From Candidatus Woesearchaeota archaeon (GTDB lineage: Archaea; Nanobdellota; Nanobdellia; Pacearchaeales; GW2011-AR1): DNA of 50,819 bases. The stretch is from positions 1 through 50,819 of the forward strand of contig CAZRUG010000005.1 of assembly GCA_964603295.1 (NCBI GenBank). Reading direction: 5' to 3'. The notes below the pieces were generated by a model. It was not told where the DNA came from. It was given only the letters and a program-made list of their open reading frames with translations, and made no database searches. The position numbers and the translations under genes are program-made. Positions within the stretch are counted from its first letter, which is position 1, and every line of letters begins with the position of its first letter. This document shows positions 17,252 through 25,744 of this stretch, piece after piece.

Positions 17252-17496
17252 ATCATTCAGATTATTTAATTTTTGTACAACAATGTGAAAAAGACATAAG
17301 AGATCACGCAAAAAATATTATAGACAAAGTTAATTTGAATCCTGAAAAAAGATTTTCAAATACAAAATATTTGGAGCACATAGCCTATGTTGGAGGTATA
17401 AATGCAGCAGTTTCACATTTAGCAAAAAAGTATAATTTTTCTTATAGGCCACTAAGCCCACAATTTACTCCCTGGAAAAAAGTTTTAGAAGCATAA
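17248..17496 (+). CDS. Hypothetical protein, translationally coupled to serS (ATGA overlap)
   Basis: From the ORF track. It overlaps the serS stop by 4 nt. Confidence 0.5.
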   Translation: MNHSDYLIFVQQCEKDIRDHAKNIIDKVNLNPEKRFSNTKYLEHIAYVGGINAAVSHLAKKYNFSYRPLSPQFTPWKKVLEA

Positions 17497-17526
17497 TTAT
17501 TTAAATTAAAACATCTTTGTCTTATT

Positions 17527-17536
17527 AAGGAGGTGA
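17527..17536 (+). promoter_or_regulatory. Shine-Dalgarno site AAGGAGGTGA
   Basis: This is strong anti-SD complementarity 4-13 nt before the ATG at 17540. It contrasts with the many apparently leaderless genes here. Confidence 0.6.
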
Positions 17537-17539
17537 AAA

Positions 17540-17830
17540 ATGACCAAAAAGAAAACTGCAAAAAAAGTTGTAGACAAAACCCAAAAACTAAATCCTATTA
17601 AGTTCGGGCTTTCGCTTTCTATAATTTGTGGAGTATTTATGTTAGTTTTAGGAATAGCTTATTACTTTGAATACTTTGCTTTATGGACTGCTTTAATGTA
17701 TGACGCATACGGGAAGTTTGGATATTCTCCAGTAACTATTCTTGGAAACATCTTAGGAATAATTTACGGAATGATAGATGGATTTATAACTGGATGGGTT
17801 TTTGCATTTATTTACAACAAACTTAGTTAA
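17540..17830 (+). CDS. Small membrane protein (2-3 TM), unknown function
   Basis: From the ORF track. It has a strong SD site and hydrophobic helices. Confidence 0.6.
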   Translation: MTKKKTAKKVVDKTQKLNPIKFGLSLSIICGVFMLVLGIAYYFEYFALWTALMYDAYGKFGYSPVTILGNILGIIYGMIDGFITGWVFAFIYNKLS

Positions 17831-18087
17831 TTTTTAAATTTCATTACTTTTGTATTTTTTAATAAATGTAGCTTTGGCTCTACTTCTTTATACAAACTTT
17901 CAAGTTCTTCAGGAGTTAATTCAATAATTCCAGAACTATTTTTACCCCTAAAACACACTGCGATTGAAGCATCTTTTGGATTCAAGAAATCTTCATTAAT
18001 AATAATTTCTCTTATGTTTCCAGCAGTCTCAAGCCGAACAATCCCATCAGAATTCTTCTTCTTAGTCTTAATTTTCATAAAAAACAA
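17827..18087 (-). CDS. Hypothetical protein (the likely true start is the ATG at 18078)
   Basis: The ORF-track start is a TTG. TTTATAAG at 18100-18107 lies 22-29 nt upstream of the ATG at 18078. Confidence 0.5.
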   Translation of the reverse strand: MFFMKIKTKKKNSDGIVRLETAGNIREIIINEDFLNPKDASIAVCFRGKNSSGIIELTPEELESLYKEVEPKLHLLKNTKVMKFKN

Positions 18088-18124
18088 AACACTTCAAAGT
18101 TTATAAGAATTTATGAGATAAAAA

Positions 18125-19276
18125 CTAATCATTATAATATGCATAAAGATCTTCAACTTCCTGATCTGTTAATTGCCTGTCCCAAATTGCAAATTCATCT
18201 AATTTACCATTTAAGAAATATCTTTCATTATCCTGCCCTGCACAAGCCCCCCATCCACCTAGATTGTTATCTTGAATAAAATTTAAATTACCCTGGCCTG
18301 TATGAGAAGAATTAATTACATCAAGACTCCCATTAAGATAAATTTTTTGTCCTTCATCCCCCCACGCATAAGTTACATAATACCATTGTCCTTTGTTTAT
18401 ATTACTAGAAGAAATAGTTTCTTTGTTTCCATTTTTATCTCTATAATAGCCAATTAATCTATCTGACTTATAAACTAAATAATCATAAGATGTTGCACAT
18501 TGCCCATTAGTTGTTATCCAAATATATCCACTATAATCTTCATCCTCATCAACATAAACCCATGTAGAAAGAGTTCCTTGTCTAGGAGGCAAAACATCTA
18601 AACCTAAATCAACATAGTCATTTGTTCCATCAAAACTAAAAGCATTTTCTATTTTACCTGTTACTCCTCTTGTAGCCCCCTCATTTGTTCCATTGTTTGT
18701 TCCTTGAGAATCCACAACTTCTCCAGAAATTTCATCTAAAGCATAATAAGCAACCAAACCATCCATTGCAAGAGGGTCAAAACTTGGCTCATCAGAAGAA
18801 TCATCATTTGATTCACCTTGAATTGGTTCAGAATTTTTAACTTCATATTTATCATTAATTTCTCCAGGAATTTCTTTTCCAGAATCAGAAGTAAAAACAG
18901 GTGCAACAGACACAGAAACAACATCCTCTGGATTAAGATTATCCAAAGTTAAAGTCCAAGTTCTTTTTTCTAAAGCATTTAATTGAATATCACTAATTTC
19001 AAAAACCTCTGAATCTGTTTCAGAACTAATTGCAAAAATCAAACCAGTTAAATTTGCTTGTCCAGAAGTCCGTTTTACAGTTGCTTCAACACTTCCATTA
19101 GAATAAACTAAAACTCTTTCAAGATCAACTCTACTATTCACAGCATCTAAAGACAAACCTTCTGTGCTTTCAGTAACCAAATTCTGAATAAAAACCCAGA
19201 CAATTGTTATAGCAACTAAAGATAGTGCAATCAACACAACAGTTGTAATAATTCCTGAAAGACCTCTTTTATCCAT
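18125..19276 (-). CDS. Archaeal type IV pilin-like protein with a C-terminal LamG/concanavalin-A-like lectin domain
   Basis: It has a class III signal peptide, MDKRGLSGIITTVVLIALSLVAITIVW. The C-terminus has LNGKLDEFAIWDRQLTDQEVEDLY, which is typical of Laminin_G_3 domains. Confidence 0.7.
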   Translation of the reverse strand: MDKRGLSGIITTVVLIALSLVAITIVWVFIQNLVTESTEGLSLDAVNSRVDLERVLVYSNGSVEATVKRTSGQANLTGLIFAISSETDSEVFEISDIQLNALEKRTWTLTLDNLNPEDVVSVSVAPVFTSDSGKEIPGEINDKYEVKNSEPIQGESNDDSSDEPSFDPLAMDGLVAYYALDEISGEVVDSQGTNNGTNEGATRGVTGKIENAFSFDGTNDYVDLGLDVLPPRQGTLSTWVYVDEDEDYSGYIWITTNGQCATSYDYLVYKSDRLIGYYRDKNGNKETISSSNINKGQWYYVTYAWGDEGQKIYLNGSLDVINSSHTGQGNLNFIQDNNLGGWGACAGQDNERYFLNGKLDEFAIWDRQLTDQEVEDLYAYYND

Positions 19277-19307
19277 AATAGATTTAGATTTATCTAATTT
19301 ATAAATT

Positions 19308-20192
19308 TTACATTCTTTTTAATGCAGCAATTCTTTTTTCAATTGGAGGATGTGTGCTTGCTAATTCTTTGAAAGGACTTGCAAAAAACAGCGGAGCAAC
19401 AGCCTTATTTGCATTTTTCTTACTATTAACTCCTTTCTTATAATCGCCCTCAATCTTTTCCAAAGCACTAATTAAAGCATCTGGATAACGCGTGAACTTA
19501 ACAGCAGAGGCATCTGAAGTATATTCTCTTTTTCTTGAAATTGACATCTGCACAAAGTAAACAACAATCGGAGCCAAGATTGCCAAGACAATTCCAATTA
19601 CAATTAAAACCCCTTTGCCTTTATCATTATCTGATTTAAACCATAAACTTCTTAAAAAAATCTCTGAAACAATTGCAATCATTCCAACCATAACAGTTAC
19701 TAACGTCATGTATCTAATATCATAATTACCAATATGCCCAAGTTCATGCGCTAAAACAGCTTCTAATTCTCTTCTGTTTAGTTTTTCTAAAGCACCTGTT
19801 GTTACACAAATCACAGAATGTTCAGGATCTCTTCCAGAAGCAAAAGCATTAATTTGTTTTGATTCCATTACATAAAGTTTTGGCATTGGCAAACCAGAAG
19901 CAACAGTCAAACCCTCAACAAGCCTATAAAAATCAGGAAACTTTGCACGCGAAGCCTCTTTAGCTTTAACAGAAGCAACAGCAATTTCAGCAGACTTGTA
20001 ATAGGTTCCAAGAGTATAAGTTAATGAAAAAATAATTGCAATAATCATTATAATAAAAAAATAACCCTCATAAATTAAAGCAATAACATAACCCAATGCA
20101 ATTAATAAAATAAATATAAAACTAATTAAGAACAATGACTTTCTCTTATTTCGCACAATTTGATCTCGAAAATCAACTCTCACAGGTTCCAT
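19308..20192 (-). CDS. htpX: HtpX-family M48 zinc metalloprotease (membrane)
   Basis: It contains HELGHIGNYD (HExxH), TM helices and the overall HtpX layout. Confidence 0.9.
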   Translation of the reverse strand: MEPVRVDFRDQIVRNKRKSLFLISFIFILLIALGYVIALIYEGYFFIIMIIAIIFSLTYTLGTYYKSAEIAVASVKAKEASRAKFPDFYRLVEGLTVASGLPMPKLYVMESKQINAFASGRDPEHSVICVTTGALEKLNRRELEAVLAHELGHIGNYDIRYMTLVTVMVGMIAIVSEIFLRSLWFKSDNDKGKGVLIVIGIVLAILAPIVVYFVQMSISRKREYTSDASAVKFTRYPDALISALEKIEGDYKKGVNSKKNANKAVAPLFFASPFKELASTHPPIEKRIAALKRM

Positions 20193-20210
20193 AAAGAAAA
20201 ATGTATTTTC

Positions 20211-20231
20211 AAGTATATAAATTTTTATAAA
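20211..20231. promoter_or_regulatory. Back-to-back TATA boxes for divergent htpX and the 20253 ORF
   Basis: TATATAAA at 20214-20221 lies 22-29 nt from the htpX ATG. TTTTTATAAA at 20222-20231 lies 22-31 nt from the ATG at 20253. Confidence 0.5.
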
Positions 20232-20252
20232 TATGTGATATTTAATACAAAT

Positions 20253-20519
20253 ATGAAATTAAATGTTGTTGTTCTTGAAAAAAGTGATGCTGAGGGCATA
20301 AAAAAAAGATTAGATTCATTGCAAAACGCAAAACCTGAAATTCCTGTCCAATATGCTCTTGCACCAAATTTTGAAAGGGAGACATGGAATCATCAATTTC
20401 CTTTTGTTTTCTTAAATAATTCCAAGGGAGAACAATGCAAAAGAGCTTACGGAGTTGAAGATGCCTCTTTATTAATTAGTCATATCATTGAAGGCAGATA
20501 TGATCATTTGGGAATTTAA
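20253..20519 (+). CDS. Hypothetical protein (88 aa; start moved to the promoter-supported ATG)
   Basis: The ORF-track frame is 20160-20519. The internal ATG at 20253 has a TATA at canonical spacing and avoids overlap with htpX. Confidence 0.45.
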   Translation: MKLNVVVLEKSDAEGIKKRLDSLQNAKPEIPVQYALAPNFERETWNHQFPFVFLNNSKGEQCKRAYGVEDASLLISHIIEGRYDHLGI

Positions 20520-20533
20520 AGGTTTTGATTGGT

Positions 20534-20692
20534 TTAGAGTTCTTTTAATTTTGTTAATGCTTCTTCAACATTTCCATTATGGACTAAGAAAAAGTGTAGG
20601 TTTTTATTCATTGATTCCCAAATCTTTCCAATTTCTTCTTTATATTGTGTGTCTTCATTGCTTACTCTATCTTCTCCTTTCCATTCTTTCAT
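20534..20692 (-). CDS. Possible small soluble protein, or a frameshifted C-terminal continuation of 20667-20873
   Basis: The internal Met of the 74-aa ORF overlaps the end of the upstream ORF by 26 nt. I see no recognisable domain. Confidence 0.25.
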   Translation of the reverse strand: MKEWKGEDRVSNEDTQYKEEIGKIWESMNKNLHFFLVHNGNVEEALTKLKEL

Positions 20693-20873
20693 CAACAATC
20701 CTCTCTTTCTTTGAAATAAACTGAATTGATATAATTGCAAAAATAACAAACCCAACATAAATCATCCAAGAACCAACTGATTCAAATCCCAAAAAATCAC
20801 TTCCAATTCCAAGATAATTAAAAACAATTCCTGCTACAAGCAAAATAAATGCAAAACTATATCGCCATGCCAT
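20667..20873 (-). CDS. Small 2-TM membrane protein with a C-terminal DER motif
   Basis: From the ORF track. It has two hydrophobic helices followed by KKERIVDERMERRR. It lies downstream of the XRE regulator. Confidence 0.5.
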   Translation of the reverse strand: MAWRYSFAFILLVAGIVFNYLGIGSDFLGFESVGSWMIYVGFVIFAIISIQFISKKERIVDERMERRR

Positions 20874-20900
20874 TTTGCTTTTTTGTAAACATTTTTTTAT

Positions 20901-21095
20901 TCATTTTAATTTAAATACATCTTCTATTTTCTTTTGTTTAAGTGCTTTTGTAATTTTATATGCCAACTCAAGAGAAGGATTGTATCTTCCTTGCTCCAAT
21001 GCATTAATTGTCTGTCTTGTAACTTCTACAGCCTGTGCCAACTCTTCTTGAGTAATTCCCAATTTCCTTCGATAAAAATTTATTTTTGTTTTCAT
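20901..21095 (-). CDS. XRE-family helix-turn-helix transcriptional regulator (64 aa)
   Basis: [37 protein letters not shown] is a canonical HTH_3 sequence. Confidence 0.85.
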   Translation of the reverse strand: MKTKINFYRRKLGITQEELAQAVEVTRQTINALEQGRYNPSLELAYKITKALKQKKIEDVFKLK

Positions 21096-21103
21096 TTATC
21101 ATT

Positions 21104-21532
21104 TTAATCCTTTCTATCTAAATAAATATTTGTGATTGCTTTAACAATAACTCCGAAAAAAAGTGCTAAAACAATAAACCAATCAACTTTAAGTGAATTA
21201 TTCAAAGCACTTGTTATAACCTGATATAAAATACCTAATACTAACACAAACATCATTGCCCAAAGCGCATTTCTTTCAGCAAAAGCCTCGTGAATTCTCT
21301 CTCTTTCATCTTGCTTCATTCTTGCCATTGCACTAAAAATATCAATACCTAAAAAAGCAATCCAAACTCCAGTAACAATTAATCTTAATTCAGTAGACCA
21401 ATAAGGCAATGCCTGAAACACAATAAAGGGCAACATTACTGCAACCAAATAAACAATGCCCCTCCAGTCTTTTGGATGAACTCCCCATCCTCCATACTTT
21501 CTTCTCTTAAACCATTCAGGATGAGCAATCAT
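21104..21532 (-). CDS. 4-TM membrane protein with a DERERIHE loop motif, partner of the XRE regulator
   Basis: From the ORF track. It is tightly linked, lying 8 nt upstream of the HTH gene. Confidence 0.65.
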   Translation of the reverse strand: MIAHPEWFKRRKYGGWGVHPKDWRGIVYLVAVMLPFIVFQALPYWSTELRLIVTGVWIAFLGIDIFSAMARMKQDERERIHEAFAERNALWAMMFVLVLGILYQVITSALNNSLKVDWFIVLALFFGVIVKAITNIYLDRKD

Positions 21533-21705
21533 TTCTTTCCTTCCCTAACAGGTATAAAATAAATAAACCAGAGAACCCACACAAACCAAACAAGCATTAT
21601 TTTATTGTCAGTAACAATTCCATTGATTCCCAATAAAGCAAAAAACCCAAAAAAACCCATTTGCCAATTTTCTCTCATTTTTGTTTTAGTATTTTTATTT
21701 GTCAT
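21529..21705 (-). CDS. Small 58-aa membrane protein (not in the ORF track)
   Basis: Hand translation gives MTNKNTKTKMRENWQMGFFGFFALLGINGIVTDNKIMLVWFVWVLWFIYFIPVREGKK. It has an ATGA overlap with the next gene. A TATA-like TATTTAAATA lies about 23-32 nt upstream. Confidence 0.5.
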   Translation of the reverse strand: MTNKNTKTKMRENWQMGFFGFFALLGINGIVTDNKIMLVWFVWVLWFIYFIPVREGKK

Positions 21706-21811
21706 GTAAGAAATATATTACATATACTATTTAAATATTTCTATTTTTGTAAAAAATATGTTGCATTGAAAAAAAAGAAATTAATTTAAATCAAAACTTC
21801 TAATATAAAAA

Positions 21812-22158
21812 ATGTCAAAAAGAAAATCTATTTTAGAAAAATTAGAACAATTGCCCAAAAACTTACTTTTTTTAATTCAAAAAGAGATTTGCCTGAACAA
21901 GGCATTATTCCAAGGTTTATAGCAGAAATAAGATTTAATGAAAATACAATTTACAAAGAGGGAATTTATATTGTAGCAGGATTAAATCAAATGTCTGAAT
22001 TAAAATATAATCTAATTGCACTTCCTTTAGAAGACTCAGAAGAAAGACTCTTTCCACAAGACAATATTCCCCTTGATTATCTTACCCAATACAATCATTA
22101 TAGTCCTTCATTACAAATGTTAACTTATCTTCACACACTTTCCTATCTAAAGAAATGA
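21812..22158 (+). pseudogene. Hypothetical gene split by a frameshift at a T7 run (U UUU UUA)
   Basis: The ATG at 21812 has ATTTAAAT 21-28 nt upstream, and its frame stops after 36 codons. The 89-aa ORF (TTG at 21889) is open upstream in the -1 frame back through the T-run at 21867-21873. Confidence 0.4.
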
Positions 22159-22304
22159 ATCAGCAAAAACTACTTCCACCTCCAAAAGACACAGACCAAA
22201 AATCTTAAATACCCTTAATAATACTTGTTCTTGTAGTTTTGCTTATTGCTAATTCTGGTTAAAAAAGGTAAGAAATAAATCAAGATTTTAGAGGTGTCCT
22301 GCAA

Positions 22305-24947
22305 ATGACTAAAGTTTTGAAAGCTAAATCATACAATAAAACAGAAATAAAAAAAGAACTTCACCCACTTATTCGTGAATGGTTTTTCAAAAAGTTTGAA
22401 GATTTCTCTCCAGCACAAAAATTCGGAGTTCCAGCAATTCACAAAAAACAAGATATAATTATTTCAGCACCAACAGGAGGAGGAAAAACCCTAACAGCAT
22501 TTCTATCAATTCTAAATAATTTAGTTAGTTTAGCAGAAAAAGACAAACTCGAAAACAAAGTTTATGCACTCTATTCTTCTCCATTAAAAGCTCTTTCAAA
22601 TGACATTCACAAAAACTTAATTGAACCACTAAAAGAAATCAGAGAACTTGCAAAAGAAAAAAATATCAAACTTCAAAAAATAAATGTAGGTTTAAGAACA
22701 GGAGACACAACTCAATCAGAAAAAGCCAAAATGACAAAAAATCCTCCGCATATTTTAATTACAACCCCAGAATCTCTTGCAATTATGTTAACAACAATAA
22801 AATTCAAAGACCATTTAGCAAAAACAGAATACTGCATTGTCGATGAAATTCATTCATTAGGAAACAAGCGAGGTGTTTATCTAAGTTTAAGTTTAGAAAG
22901 ATTAAATGAACTTTGTCCAAAACCACCAACAAAAATAGGATTAAGTGCAACAGTTGAACCCTTAGAAGAAGTTGGAAAATTTTTAGTTGGAATAGATAAA
23001 AATAGATCAATTAGATTAGCAAAAGTTGGAGCAAACAAAAAACTTGACATCCAGGTCTTAAGCCCAGTTGAAAATTTACTAGACCACCCAAATCCCCACA
23101 AACCAATGTATGATTTAATGAATAATTTAATTGAACAGCACAAAACAACATTAATATTCACAAACACCAGAGCAGCAACAGAAAGAGTAGTTAATCACTT
23201 AAAATACAAATTCCCAACAGCCTATACAGATTCAAACATTGCTGCCCATCACTCTTCATTAAGTAAACCATTAAGATTCAAAATTGAAGAAGAACTCAGG
23301 CAAGGAAAATTAAAAGTCGTTGTATGCTCAACCTCATTAGAACTTGGAATTGACATTGGCTATATTGATTTAGTAATTTTATTAGGAAGTCCAAAAGCAT
23401 CTTCACGAGCATTGCAAAGAATTGGCAGAGCAGGACACCAACTTCATGAAACAGCAAAAGGAAGATTCATAATCTTAGATAGAGACGACTTAGTTGAATG
23501 TTCAGTAATTCAAAAAGAAATGCTCGAAGGTAAAATTGACAAAATCCAATTTCCAAAAAACGCGCTTGATGTTTTATCCCAACAAATTTATGGAATGACA
23601 ATCAATCGTCCTTGGAAAATAAATGAATTACTTTCAACATTAAGAAAAAGTTATTGCTATCAGACTCTAAGCAAAGATGACTTTATGTCAGTAATGAGTT
23701 ATTTATCAGGAGAATACGGATTAGAAAAAAACTGGGTTTATGGCAAGATTTGGTATGATAAAGAAGAACAAATAGTTGGAAAAAGAGGAAAACTTGCACG
23801 AGTAATTTATTTTACAAACTTAGGAACAATTCCTGAAGAATCCTTTGTTGATGTAAAACTAGTAAAATCACGAGACAAAATAGGAGTAATTGATGAGGCC
23901 TTCTTAAGCAGAATGAAAAAAGGAGATGTTTTTGTTTTGGGTGGAAGCAAATATCAATTTCAATATACAAGGGGAATGAACCTTTATGTTAGAGCAGCAC
24001 CAGAAAGAAAACCAACAATACCCTCGTGGTTTTCAGAAACACTTCCATTAAGTTTTGACTCTGCTTTAGAAATTAATGAATTTAGAAAAAAATTAAAACA
24101 AATGTTTGAAAAAAATAAAACACAAAAACAAGTAACAAACCAAATAAAAAAATTAGTTTATGTAGATGACAAAATTGCAAAAGAAATTTACACATATTTT
24201 CAACAACAATACAAATTCTCTGAAATTCCAGACACAAACACACTAACAATTGAAAAGTACATTGACGAAAGAGAAAACAAAAAATACATTTTAGTAAATT
24301 CAATGTATGGTCGAAGAGTAAATGATGCATTATCAAGAGCATTAGCTTACTTAATTGGAAACACAAAAAAAAGAGATGTTGAAATTGGAATCACAGACAG
24401 GGGATTTTATTTAGCTTCACAAAATCTTGACATTGAAAAAGCATTTGAAAAACTAAACTCAGAAAACTTAGAAGAAATTTTAAAAGAAGCAATTGAAAAA
24501 ACAGATATCTTAACAAGAAGATTCAGACATTGTGCAACTCGTTCTTTAATGATTTTAAGAACTTACAAAGGACAAAGGAAAAATGTAAAAAAACAACAAA
24601 TGAAATCTCATTTCTTAATAGCCGCAGTTAAAAAAATAAGTGAAGAATTTCCAATATTAAAAGAAGCTAAAAGAGAAGTTCTTGAAGATTTAATGGATAT
24701 TGAAAATACAAAAAAAGTTCTAAACAGGATTGAATCAGGAGAACTTGAAATCAAAACAGACCACTCAAGATTACCCTCTCCTTTTGCATTGCATTTATTG
24801 CTCGAAGCCCACATGGATTTAATGAAAATTGAAGACAAACAAGATTTTTTAAAAAGAATGCATCAAGTTTATCAAAATGAAATTGACAAAAAAGGAATTA
24901 TTGACTATGATGCACTTTGGGAAGATTTTGAACAAAGCCAAAAGTAA
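22305..24947 (+). CDS. lhr: Lhr-family (Lhr-core) superfamily 2 DNA helicase
   Basis: It has SAPTGGGKT, DEIH and SATV motifs, a helicase C domain and a DEAD-associated C-terminal region. GAGGTG (SD) lies 8 nt before the ATG. Confidence 0.9.
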   Translation: MTKVLKAKSYNKTEIKKELHPLIREWFFKKFEDFSPAQKFGVPAIHKKQDIIISAPTGGGKTLTAFLSILNNLVSLAEKDKLENKVYALYSSPLKALSNDIHKNLIEPLKEIRELAKEKNIKLQKINVGLRTGDTTQSEKAKMTKNPPHILITTPESLAIMLTTIKFKDHLAKTEYCIVDEIHSLGNKRGVYLSLSLERLNELCPKPPTKIGLSATVEPLEEVGKFLVGIDKNRSIRLAKVGANKKLDIQVLSPVENLLDHPNPHKPMYDLMNNLIEQHKTTLIFTNTRAATERVVNHLKYKFPTAYTDSNIAAHHSSLSKPLRFKIEEELRQGKLKVVVCSTSLELGIDIGYIDLVILLGSPKASSRALQRIGRAGHQLHETAKGRFIILDRDDLVECSVIQKEMLEGKIDKIQFPKNALDVLSQQIYGMTINRPWKINELLSTLRKSYCYQTLSKDDFMSVMSYLSGEYGLEKNWVYGKIWYDKEEQIVGKRGKLARVIYFTNLGTIPEESFVDVKLVKSRDKIGVIDEAFLSRMKKGDVFVLGGSKYQFQYTRGMNLYVRAAPERKPTIPSWFSETLPLSFDSALEINEFRKKLKQMFEKNKTQKQVTNQIKKLVYVDDKIAKEIYTYFQQQYKFSEIPDTNTLTIEKYIDERENKKYILVNSMYGRRVNDALSRALAYLIGNTKKRDVEIGITDRGFYLASQNLDIEKAFEKLNSENLEEILKEAIEKTDILTRRFRHCATRSLMILRTYKGQRKNVKKQQMKSHFLIAAVKKISEEFPILKEAKREVLEDLMDIENTKKVLNRIESGELEIKTDHSRLPSPFALHLLLEAHMDLMKIEDKQDFLKRMHQVYQNEIDKKGIIDYDALWEDFEQSQK

Positions 24948-24978
24948 ATTTTATCAAGCAATCATTCTTTAAAATAAA

Positions 24979-25710
24979 ATGAAAACACCAAACCCAAAAT
25001 TCATTTACAAAACACTTTATTTTCCAGAACAAGAAATACTTGCAATTGGAGATTTACACCTTGGATATGAAGAAATGTTCTTAGAACAAGGAATTGTGCT
25101 TCCATTTAAACAATTAGAAAAAACAAAGCAAGAAATAAAAGAAATAATTAATAAAATTAAGGAACAAGGAAATAAATTAAGCAAAATCATCCTATTAGGA
25201 GATATTAAACATTACTTTAGTTTTCAAAAATACGAAAGCTTTGCAGTAAAGGATTTTTTTAAATTTTTAGAAACATTTGTTGCAAAAGAAAATATAATAA
25301 AAATTAAGGGAAACCACGATAAAATACAAATTGGTTCAGAAGACTACAAAAACTATTACTTTGATTCAGGAATTTTATTTATGCACGGAGACAAAGAATA
25401 TCTTGGATTAGATTTCTATGACAAATCAATAAAATTAGTTGTAATCAGCCACATTCATCCAGCAGTCATTTTAAAAGAAGGTGTAAAAAAAGAAAAATAC
25501 AAAACATTCTTAGTTGGAAAATACAGAAGCAAAAAAACAATAATTGTTCCAAGTTTTTTTCCAATAATTCAAGGAACTGAAATAAATGAAGAATACTCTG
25601 AAAAACCCAATTGGTCAATATTAACAAAAAAACAATTACAAAATTTCAAAGCATTTGTTATTGGAGAAGACAAACAAGTTTATGAGTTTGGAAAATTAAA
25701 AGATATTTAG
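24979..25710 (+). CDS. Calcineurin-like metallophosphoesterase (Lhr-associated MPE type)
   Basis: The motifs GDLHLG, GDIKH, GNHD, HGD and SHIHP occur in canonical order. It lies immediately downstream of lhr. Confidence 0.8.
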   Translation: MKTPNPKFIYKTLYFPEQEILAIGDLHLGYEEMFLEQGIVLPFKQLEKTKQEIKEIINKIKEQGNKLSKIILLGDIKHYFSFQKYESFAVKDFFKFLETFVAKENIIKIKGNHDKIQIGSEDYKNYYFDSGILFMHGDKEYLGLDFYDKSIKLVVISHIHPAVILKEGVKKEKYKTFLVGKYRSKKTIIVPSFFPIIQGTEINEEYSEKPNWSILTKKQLQNFKAFVIGEDKQVYEFGKLKDI

Positions 25711-25744
25711 AAACCTTTATTAAATTAAATAACAAATAAAGATT

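Noticed and set aside
20488-20724. A 78-aa plus-strand hydrophobic ORF.
   Set aside because: It is antisense to the minus-strand small-protein frames that belong to the XRE cassette. It has no TATA at the expected distance.
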